Source: Eledone cirrhosa
Lineage: Eukaryota
Assembly (NCBI GenBank): GCA_964016885.1
Contig: CAXHJY010000151.1
Coordinates: forward strand, 204,001 to 268,000
DNA: 64,000 nucleotides
Direction of reading: 5' to 3'
Shown piece after piece: positions 11,635-20,535 of this stretch; positions within the stretch are counted from its first letter, which is position 1, and each line of letters starts with the position of its first letter. Under the pieces are notes generated by a model that worked only from the letters and a program-made list of their open reading frames with translations, had not been told where the DNA came from and did no database searches. The position numbers and the translations under genes are program-made.

Positions 11635-12560
11635 ACTGGCTGATATCTTGAAGTCATTTACACCACAGAACTGTAGGAGTCTTGATCCCTCAAGCCATAC
11701 CTCTAGCCATCATGTACTCCAAAAGAGTCTCACCTTGGTGCTACTCAACATGTCCATTAAATTTAGCAGCAAGGATGCCCTCTTCTTAGTGAGAGACAAC
11801 TACAAGAGAGGTTCTTAGAGAAGAATAAGCCACTATAGTTAACTTTTGTTGACATAGAGAACCCCGATCTGTCATCTGGTGGTCCTTAAGGAAACTAGGT
11901 GTAGGGGAATGGCTTGTGAGGACAGTGCAAGCTATGTACAAGGGTGCTGTCAGTAAAGTGAGAGGAGGAATTCCAGAAACAAAGTAGGTGTACATCAGGG
12001 TTCGGTCCTCAGTCCGCTCTTGTTCATTATAGTCCTCCCTCCCTCCCTCCCTCCCTCCCTCCAAGCCATAACAGAGGAGGAGTAGTTTAAGACTGGATGC
12101 CCATGGGAACTTCTCTATGCTGACGATCTGGTTCTTATAGCAGAATCAGTAGAGGAGCTAGCTAGAGAATAAATTCTGGCTATGGAAACAGCAGTAGTTG
12201 GAATCAAGAAGACTGAGAGTGAACCTAGCTAAGACAAAAGTGTTTATAAGTAGAAGAGAGGACAAAACTCTGATTCTGTCAGGGAAATGGCCATGTTCGA
12301 TATGTAGGAAAGGAGTTGGCATAAATTCTATGAAATGTAGTACGCAATGCAGATCTTGGCTACACAAGAGATGTAGTGGGATAGCAGGAAAACTGACTGA
12401 CAGGTAGGGAGAAATACGTATGCAGTAGATGTACAGGGAAATTTGACAGAGATTGCAGTGATAGACACATTTTTCAAATGCAGGTGGGATCTATAGAGGG
12501 AGTTGATAGCTTCTGATACCTAGGTGATCAGATTAGTAAGGGAGGAGGGTGATATAAAAT
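11635..12560 (+). mobile_element. Decayed RTE-type LINE RT region with a Cys/His-rich insertion
   Basis: GVHQGSVLSPLLFIIV, PWELLYADDLVLIAES, LRVNLAKTK, CSICRKG...C..C..WLHKRC; stops and frameshifts present. Confidence 0.85.
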
Positions 12561-12959
12561 ATATTGTTATCATGACTGTCTTTATTATTTAAATTACCTC
12601 TGTCTATTTACAGATTTTACAGAGTGTACTGGGTGCTTTTATGATGGGAGCAGCAACTCTATACGATTTTACAGAGTGTACTTGGTGCTTTTATCATGGC
12701 ACATGGCAGCAGCAGCAGCAGCAACTACGATTTTACAGAGTGTACTTGGTGCTTTTTACTCTGACATCAGCACTGAGGAAGTTGTCATATTTTCAGCTAA
12801 ATTAATGAGTAGAAAAACCAAGTTTCTGCTACAAAAAATTCTCAGATTCAAGGGAGACATTCAGTTTAAGTATGGTATACTGTCACTAAGGCAGCAAATT
12901 GGCAGAGTCGCTAGAATATCAGATAGCATTCTTTACATTATTTGTTTCAGCTCTCTGTT

Positions 12960-13050
12960 CTCTCAATTCAAATCCTGCTCAGGTCAACTTTGCCTTTCAT
13001 CCATACAAAATAGATTAATAAAAGTACCAGTGTATTACTGGGGTCAATTC
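12960..13050 (+). mobile_element. tRNA-derived SINE fragment
   Basis: ttcaaatcc...aggtcaactttgcctttcatcc...aaaagtaccagt...tactggggtc; same family as 43163-43270. Confidence 0.65.
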
Positions 13051-13080
13051 TTCTTCTAACTCTTCTGCACTTCCATTCTC

Positions 13081-13159
<79 letters not shown>

Positions 13160-13419
13160 GCTTCTTTAGAACACATCTGCTGTATTCAGACCTGGAGCGG
13201 AGATGGGCTCCACCAAGTTTTAAAAATTGCCCTTTAAGCGCTGTATGTCAATATGGTGCCCCTATGATTCCCTCCCTCAGGAGTTATGGGACCATAGATA
13301 CTGTCAATTGTAAAGAATAACAGAGATATTCAGTGCTAGTGTGGTGTTCTGTCAGTTGTGGAGATTGATGAATCTAAACAGAAATATCAACAGCACTTTT
13401 CATTTCTGAGTAACACATT

Positions 13420-13582
13420 TGTTACCAAGTGCTGCATGGCTGGAATGAAAATCAGTGCTGTGAAAACCAAGACATTCATCCTCTCAAGGAAGCTTGTGCA
13501 GTGCACTCTACATGTAAATGGAGTCCCACTGAAGCAGGTAGAAAAGTTCATGTATCTCGAAGCTGTGTTCACGAGTGATGAC
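13420..13582 (+). mobile_element. LINE RT C-terminal fragment (RTE-like)
   Basis: GMKISAVKTK...LKQVEKFMYLEAVFTSD resembles the conserved GMKIS.KT...QVE.FKYLG segment. Confidence 0.7.
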
Positions 13583-13706
13583 AGAGACGGCAAAGGCACA
13601 ACACACAACAGAAGAAAAGAACAATGACAATTATTATTATTATTTGTTTTATTAGTTTTATTATAATAAAAATTGTGCTGTTAGTTTGCTTGCTATACCA
13701 TCATGT

Positions 13707-13794
13707 ACCCTAACCCTAAACCTAACCCCAACTCCAACTCTGACCCTAAACCTAACCCCAACCCCAACCCTAACCCTAACCCTAACCCTAACCC
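13707..13794. repeat. Interstitial telomere-like (TAACCC)n tract
   Basis: About 14 hexamers, the last ones perfect TAACCC. Confidence 0.9.
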
Positions 13795-14546
13795 ACGATA
13801 GAAGACGTTCGTTACCGCTGGAGCAACGCAAATTACTCCTCGGTTGACGCCAAAAACGAACGCCTTCTCGACGGCTAGCCGCATTTCGTGATCCGCCTTT
13901 CGATTGCGCTTCCGTCGCGGAAAAAGAATTGCCTTTATAGGCCGCCGCCGCCCGACCGGACCCACGATAGAAGACGTTCGTTACCGCTGGAGCAACGCAA
14001 ATTACTCCTCGGTTGACGCCAAAAACGAACGCCTTCTCGACGGCTAGCCGCATTTCGTGATCCGCCTTTCGATTGCGCTTCCGTCGCGGAAAAAGAATTG
14101 CCTTTATAGGCCGCCGCCGCCCGACCGGACCCACGATAGAAGACGTTCGTTACCGCTGGAGCAACGCAAATTACTCCTCGGTTGACGCCAAAAACGAACG
14201 CCTTCTCGACGGCTAGCCGCATTTCGTGATCCGCCTTTCGATTGCGCTTCCGTCGCGGAAAAAGAATTGCCTTTATAGGCCGCCGCCGCCCGACCGGACC
14301 CACGATAGAAGACGTTCGTTACCGCTGGAGCAACGCAAATTACTCCTCGGTTGACGCCAAAAACGAACGCCTTCTCGACGGCTAGCCGCATTTCGTGATC
14401 CGCCTTTCGATTGCGCTTCCGTCGCGGAAAAAGAATTGCCTTTATAGGCCGCCGCCGCCGCCCGACCGGACCCACGATAGAAGACGTTCGTTACCGCTGG
14501 AGCAACGCAAATTACTCCTCGGTTGACGCCAAAAACGAACGCCTTC
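13792..14546 (+). repeat. 169/172-bp GC-rich tandem array (4 full + 1 partial unit); candidate rDNA spacer subrepeats
   Basis: Unit starts at 13792, 13961, 14130, 14299, 14471; the array ends ~360 bp upstream of the 18S 5' end. Confidence 0.92.
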
Positions 14547-14903
14547 CGGTTCGGGCGACGTAAAAGTCTGTAGCCTTTTCGCCGATCCTCGACGATTATC
14601 CGCCTTCCGAACAACCGCCTTTCCGCCGTCACAGCAGTAGGTACTCGTCCGTCGTAATAGCCGTCATTTTAATGCAGGAGAAACGCCTAAATGCACTGCG
14701 ATTGACGACGATCTACGACGCGCTTACTCTTCCTTGCTGCGACGAAGGTTTCGTTCGGCTTTTCGTCGTGGACCCGGTCAGGTCGTGCCGCTGATCTCGC
14801 GTTGCGTCGTTACCGCTGGAGCAACGCAAATTACTCCTCGTTTAACGCCAACATCGAACGCGCTTCGGTTCTCGGTCGTCGTTGTTTTGTTTCGTGCGGA
14901 AGA
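14547..14903 (+). other. 5' external transcribed spacer-like CpG-rich segment
   Basis: Lies directly upstream of the 18S 5' end; functional identity inferred from position. Confidence 0.5.
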
Positions 14904-15089
14904 TACCTGGGTGATCCTGCCAGTAGTCATATGCTTGTCTCAAAGCTTAAGCCATGCAAGTGGAAGTTCATGCCGTAAACGAAAATGGTGAAACCGCGAA
15001 TGGCTCAGAAACCGGATCTAATCCTCGGGACCGTATTCCTCACCGCGAGGAGAGGATAACTGTGGCAATTCTAGAGCTAATACATGCAA
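14904..15089 (+). pseudogene. 18S rRNA 5' fragment (~185 nt)
   Basis: TACCTGGgTGATCCTGCCAGTAGTCATATGCTTGTCTCAAAGcTTAAGCCATGC...GTGAAACCGCGAATGGCTCA...GGATAACTGTGGCAATTCTAGAGCTAATACATGC is colinear with the eukaryotic 18S start. Confidence 0.95.
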
Positions 15090-15096
15090 TTGAGAT

Positions 15097-18000
15097 CGGA
15101 GAGGGAGCGATCCGTCTGCTTGATTCCGATAACGAACGAGACATTCGTATCCGAAAGAACGTTTGTCTGGAAACTGGTGCAGTCAGTGAGTCGAAAAAAA
15201 AATATCTCGGTGGTAGTAGCAAATATTCGAACGAGACATTCGTATGCGAAAGAACGTTTGTCGGTGGTAGTAGCAAATATTCGAACGAGACATTCGTATG
15301 CGAAAGAACGTTTGTCTGGAAGTGGCGATCCATGCCCGGTGGATAGTTGGTTCCGGGTTTTACTATGATTGTTGCAAAACAGAAACTTAAAGGGATTGAC
15401 AGAATTTGCGATTCCGGAGAGAGGGCGATCCGTCTGCTTGATTCCGATAACGAACGAGACATTCGTATCCGAAAGAACGTTTGTCTGGAAACTGGTGAGT
15501 CAGTGAGTCGAAAAAAAAATATCTCGGTGGTAGTAGCAAATATTCGTATGCGAAAGAAAAGATCTCGGTGGTAGTAGCAAATATTCGAACGAGACATTCG
15601 TAGGCGAAAGAAAAATATCTCGGTGGTAGTAGCAAATATTCGAACGAGACATTCGTATGCGAAAGAACGTTTGTCGGTGGTAGTAGCAAATATTCGAACG
15701 AGACATTCGTATGCGAAAGAACGTTTGTCTGGAAGTGGCGATCCATGCCCGGTGGATAGTTGGTTCCGGGTTTTACTATGATTGTTGCAAAACAGAAACT
15801 TAAAGGGATTGACAGAATTTGCGATTACGGAGAGGGGGCGATCCGTCTGCTTGATTCCGATAACGAACGAGACATTCGTATCCGAAAGAACGTTTGTCTG
15901 GAAACTGGTGAGTCAGTGAGTCGAAAAAAAAATATCTCGGTGGTAGTAGCAAATATTCGAACGAGACATTCGTATGCGAAAGAACGTTTGTCGGTGGTAG
16001 TAGCAAATATTCGAACGAGACATTCGTATGCGAAAGAACGTTTGTCTGGAAGTGGCGATCCATGCCCGGTGGATAGTTGGTTCCGGGTTTTACTATGATT
16101 GTTGCAAAACAGAAACTTAAAGGGATTGACAGAATTTGCGATTACGGAGAGGGGGCGATCCGTCTGCTTGATTCCGATAACGAACGAGACATTCGTATCC
16201 GAAAGAACGTTTGTCTGGAAACTGGTGAGTCAGTGAGTCGAAAAAAAAAATATCTCGGTGGTAGTAGCAAATATTCGAACGAGACATTCGTATGCGAAAG
16301 AACGTTTGTCGGTGGTAGTAGCAAATATTCGAACGAGACATTCGTATGCGAAAGAACGTTTGTCGGTGGTAGTAGCAAATATTCGAACGAGACATTCGTA
16401 TGCGAAAGAACGTTTGTCTGGAAGTGGCGATCCATGCTCGGTGGATAGTTGGTTCCGGGTTTTACTATGATTGTTGCAAAACAGAAACTTAAAGGGATTG
16501 ACAGAATTTGCGATTCCGGAGAGGGGGCGATCCGTCTGCTTGATTCCGATAACGAACGAGACATTCGTATCCGAAAGAACGTTTGTCTGGAAACTGGTGA
16601 GTCAGTGAGTCGAAAAAAAAATATCTCGGTGGTAGTAGCAAATATTCGAACGAGACATTCGTATGCGAAAGAACGTTTGTCGGTGGTAGTAGCAAATATT
16701 CGAACGAGACATTCGTATGCGAAAGAACGTTTGTCGGTGGTAGTAGCAAATATTCGAACGAGACATTCGTATGCGAAAGAACGTTTGTCTGGAAGTGGCG
16801 ATCCATGCTCGGTGGATAGTTGGTTCCGGGTTTTACTATGATTGTTGCAAAACAGAAACTTAAAGGGATTGACAGAATTTGCGATTCCGGAGAGGGGGCG
16901 ATCCGTCTGCTTGATTCCGATAACGAACGAGACATTCGTATCCGAAAGAACGTTTGTCTGGAAACTGGTGAGTCAGTGAGTCGAAAAAAAAATATCTCGG
17001 TGGTAGTAGCAAATATTCGAACGAGACATTCGTATGCGAAAGAAAAATATCTCGGTGGTAGTAGCAAATATTCGAACGAGACATTCGTATGCGAAAGAAC
17101 GTTTGTCTGGAAGTGGCGATCCATGCCCGGTGGATAGTTGGTTCCGGGTTTTACTATGATTGTTGCAAAACAGAAACTTAAAGGGATTGACAGAATTTGC
17201 GATTCCGGAGAGGGGGCGATCCGTCTGCTTGATTCCGATAACGAACGAGACATTCGTATCCGAAAGAACGTTTGTCTGGAAACTGGTGAGTCAGTGAGTC
17301 GAAAAAAAAATATCTCGGTGGTAGTAGCAAATATTCGAACGAGACATTCGTATGCGAAAGAAAAATATCTCGGTGGTAGTAGCAAATATTCGAACGAGAC
17401 ATTCGTATGCGAAAGAACGTTTGTCTGGAAGTGGCGATCCATGCCCGGTGGATAGTTGGTTCCGGGTTTTACTATGATTGTTGCAAAACAGAAACTTAAA
17501 GGGATTGACAGGATTTGCGATTCCGGAGAGGGGGCGATCCGTCTGCTTGATTCCGATAACGAACGAGACATTCGTATCCGAAAGAACGTTTGTCTGGAAA
17601 CTGGTGAGTCAGTGAGTCGAAAAAAAAAATATCTCGGTGGTAGTAGCAAATATTCGAACGAGACATTCGTATGCGAAAGAACGTTTGTCGGTGGTAGTAG
17701 CAAATATTCGAACGAGACATTCGTATGCGAAAGAACGTTTGTCGGTGGTAGTAGCAAATATTCGAACGAGACATTCGTATGCGAAAGAACGTTTGTCTGG
17801 AAGTGGCGATCCATGCCCGGTGGATAGTTGGTTCCGGGTTTTACTATGATTGTTGCAAAACAGAAACTTAAAGGGATTGACAGAATTTGCGATTCCAGAG
17901 AGAGGGCGATCCGTCTGCTTGATTCCGATAACGAACGAGACATTCGTATCCGAAAGAACGTTTGTCTGGAAACTGGTGAGTCAGTGAGTCGAAAAAAAAA

Positions 18001-18512
18001 TATCTCGGTGGTAGTAGCAAATATTCGAACGAGACATTCGTATGCGAAAGAACGTTTGTCTGGAAGTGGCGATCCATGCTCGGTGGATAGTTGGTTCCGG
18101 GTTTTACTATGATTGTTGCAAAACAGAAACTTAAAGGGATTGACAGAATTTGCGATTCCGGAGAGGGGGCGATCCGTCTGCTTGATTCCGATAACGAACG
18201 AGACATTCGTATCCGAAAGAACGTTTGTCTGGAAACTGGTGAGTCAGTGAGTCGAAAAAAAAATATCTCGGTGGTAGTAGCAAATATTCGTATGCGAAAG
18301 AAAAGATCTCGGTGGTAGTAGCAAATATTCGAACGAGACATTCGTATGCGAAAGAAAAATATCTCGGTGGTAGTAGCAAATATTCGAACGAGACATTCGT
18401 ATTCGAAAGAACGTTTGTCTGGAAGTTGCGATCCATGCCCGGTGGATAGTTGGTTCCGGGCTTTACTATGATTGTTGCAAAACAGAAACTTAAAGGAATT
18501 GACAGAATTTTC
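15097..18512 (+). repeat. rRNA-derived mosaic satellite (~10 units of 263-413 bp, each with 1-4 internal ~54-bp subrepeats)
   Basis: Each unit holds 18S motifs (CGATTCCGGAGAGGG; TTCCGATAACGAACGAGAC; CATTCGTAT; GCGAAAG; GGTTCCGGG; GTTGCAAA..GAAACTTAAAGG; GGATTGACAGA) and the 28S motif ATCTCGGTGGTAGTAGCAAATATTC. Confidence 0.92.
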
Positions 18513-18534
18513 GAATCGACATCAACTCGGCTAC

Positions 18535-18881
18535 GGCTATCCCGTCGAGTACGAGAGTATCGCGGGATCAGAGCAACGGTTTGCTAGGCTGCCTCTGAGC
18601 GATAACGGCTGAACGCCTCCTCTAAGCCGGAACCCTAGCCGGACCCGAGTTGTTTTTCGACAAGCGTCTCGACCTTCTTAAGGCCCATGCCTTAGTTTGG
18701 CGATTGCCGTCCGTTCGCCGACGGCGGCAGCGTCAGCGGAAATGCCATTCTGTGACGACTACGACGATTCGTCGTCGTCGTCGTCCATTCGATTTCCTGA
18801 AAGAGATAGAGACTAAAGTGATCAAATTGTTCGGAGTTACGTGCTTAGTAGAGCAGCTACCACACTGCAATCTATTGAGAG
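18535..18881 (+). pseudogene. 28S rRNA 3' fragment (sarcin-ricin loop region to 3' end), degenerate
   Basis: AGTACGAGAG at 18548, then GATAACGGCTGAACGCCTC(CT)CTAAG, then TAGTAGAGCAGCTACCACACTGCAATCTATTGAGAG, in the canonical 28S order. Confidence 0.85.
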
Positions 18882-19318
18882 TTTTCTGACGAACGATACA
18901 ATCCGCCCACGTGGCGCCAGAAAGGGAGAAGAAAAGAAAAGTTAGACGCCGCCGATCGATCGGTTCGTTGTTTTACGTGTACACAGCTTGTGTGTGTGTC
19001 TGTATGTGATACAAGCCGCCTATCCGTCTTCCAAGTAAGTTTTGTGTGTAGACTGCGGAAAGAAATCCAATCCGCCGTCTAGGCGGTTCTGCCGCCGACC
19101 CATACTTTTGCGAGTCGCTCCCGGGAAAGACAGGCGGCAAGACGGCGTGTATACACGACGCCTTCCGTCTTCCGCCTCGAACCCGGGCAAACGTTCCTTT
19201 ATTCGTCCACGCCTTCCCGCTTCGATCGCGAGAAAGTAATCAATCTGTTTTGTGTGTGTGTCTGTGTGTGATACAAATTTGTTTTCTTAATTTGATAACC
19301 ATGAATTGTTTCAACACC

Positions 19319-19334
19319 GGCCCTTTTAAGGGCC
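19319..19334 (+). promoter_or_regulatory. Replication-dependent histone 3' stem-loop motif (orphan)
   Basis: GGCCCT-TTTA-AGGGCC preceded by AACACC and followed by AC; no histone ORF upstream. Confidence 0.7.
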
Positions 19335-19629
19335 ACTTATATTTTCAATAATCAGTTTAAATGGGTTGCACCGTAGCCACTTGGTAATACACTGCAAATC
19401 TCCCGTCAATCTATGAAGGTTTTGTAGTAGATTAGATCAAAACACAATCAGCAAGACAGTAATGGAATGAATAATATAAACATTTGTTTATAATTAAAGC
19501 CTTAAGATGTCCCTCCCTCCCTCCCTTCCTTCCTTCCTTCCTTCCTTCCTTCCTTCCTTCCTTACGATATACACTTTAATAACATTGAAACTTATTTAAT
19601 AAGTTTAAATTTTAAACACTTTTTATTCA

Positions 19630-19762
19630 GACGTACCGCGATAAGTAACTAGATATGTTCTAACGAATAATCCGCGATGTGGCGAGGATTACCGCGATAG
19701 GAAATTAGATACGTTCCAAAGAAATATCCGCGAAAAGTGAACCGCGATATAGCGGGTTCACC
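19630..19762. mobile_element. Possible Tc1/pogo-type MITE end fragment
   Basis: Clustered ccgcgat motifs ending aagtgaaccgcgatatagcggg; no partner TIR seen. Confidence 0.3.
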
Positions 19763-19764
19763 AG

Positions 19765-19825
19765 CCAGTGTATTACTGGTACTTTATTTTATCGACCCCC
19801 ATAAGGATGAAAGGCAAAGTTAACT
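19765..19825 (-). mobile_element. tRNA-derived SINE fragment
   Basis: Reverse complement of the core at 43185-43245 (tcgaccccc..aaggatgaaaggcaaagtt). Confidence 0.7.
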
Positions 19826-19919
19826 GTGCAATAACAAAGGGAGATAACCTCGTCTTTTTTTTTTTACGGAGTTATTTCCCTTTAAATTTTATCTATTACT
19901 TATGATGATACAATTTAAT

Positions 19920-20050
19920 CAGTTCTTAGCTGTCGAGACACTGCATCCTTTAAAACCTCCATGGAACAAGCTACCTGCAACAGTTGTTAGCTGTCGAGAC
20001 ACTGCATCTTTTAAAACCTCCATGGAACAAACTACCTGCATCAGTTGTTA
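19920..20050 (+). repeat. 61-bp tandem repeat derived from the CR1 ORF2 3' end
   Basis: tggaacaa.ctacctgca.cagttgttagctgtcgagacactgcatc matches the reverse complement of ~570-625 (WNKLPASIVSCRDTASFK). Confidence 0.85.
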
Positions 20051-20051
20051 G

Positions 20052-20110
20052 GGTCTGAGTTCAAATCACGCCGAGGAGGTTAACTTTGCCTTTCATCCTT
20101 ACGGGGTCGG
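20052..20110 (+). mobile_element. tRNA-derived SINE fragment
   Basis: ggtctgagttcaaatcacgccgagg..ttaactttgcctttcatccttacggggtcg, nearly identical to 43163-43216. Confidence 0.75.
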
Positions 20111-20318
20111 TCGGAAAACGAACCATTCCCGGTTCGCTTTCGAAGCGGGTTTCCGAAAACAGCGCTTCTCTCGACCGGGCCCGTCGTCCGCTCGGCGGTG
20201 GTTTTCATCGTCCCAGGCACGGCTAACAGGCGGAGACGGGACAAACGCGCGTGTTCCTTTTTTTATCAGCCGCAGCGCCGTTCGTATATATGCTTAGGTT
20301 GTTTTTTTTTTAAATATC

Positions 20319-20534
20319 CTAAGTTAAGTTGGGGCTAAGTTAAGTTGGGGCTAAGTTAAGTTGAGGTTAAGTTGAGTTGGGGTTAAGTTAAGTGGGGGTT
20401 AAGTTAAGCTGGGGTTAAGTTAAGTTGAGGTTAAGTTAAGTTGGGGTTAAGTCAAGTTGGGGTTAAGTTAAGTTGGGGTTAAGTTAGGTTGGGGTTAAGT
20501 TAAGTTGGGGTTAAGTTAGGTTGCGGTTAAGTTA
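20319..20534. repeat. 16-bp G-rich minisatellite (TAAGTTGGGGTTAAGT)n
   Basis: About 13 copies directly visible. Confidence 0.92.
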
Positions 20535-20535
20535 C

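Larger units (their letters stand above)
1..18512. repeat. Copy 1 (partial view) of a ~45.2-kb tandem macro-repeat / segmental duplication
   Basis: ORFs recur with offsets 45195-45382 (532->45745, 4358->49577, 8509->53739, 12158->57393, 14734->60116). Differences seen are microsatellite lengths, array copy numbers and a few SNPs. Confidence 0.97.

Noticed and set aside
13661-14632. Arg/Gly-rich ORFs over the 169-bp array
   Set aside because: The period is not a multiple of three, and GC-rich DNA is simply poor in stop codons.
16489-17943. 484-aa minus-strand ORF and related ORFs in the mosaic array
   Set aside because: The frame depends on poly-A length and subrepeat number, is not conserved in copy 2, and has no recognisable domain.
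15097-18512. CRISPR-like array
   Set aside because: The sequences between repeats are themselves repeated, with no unique spacers and no cas genes, in a eukaryotic context.
14904-18881. Functional 18S/28S rRNA genes
   Set aside because: Only ~185 nt of 18S and ~350 nt of 28S are colinear; the interior is replaced by repeats and invariant positions are mutated.
15097-18881. R2 target site or R2 insertion
   Set aside because: The canonical 28S TTAAGGTAGCC site was not seen in the cassette, and no R2 ORF is adjacent.
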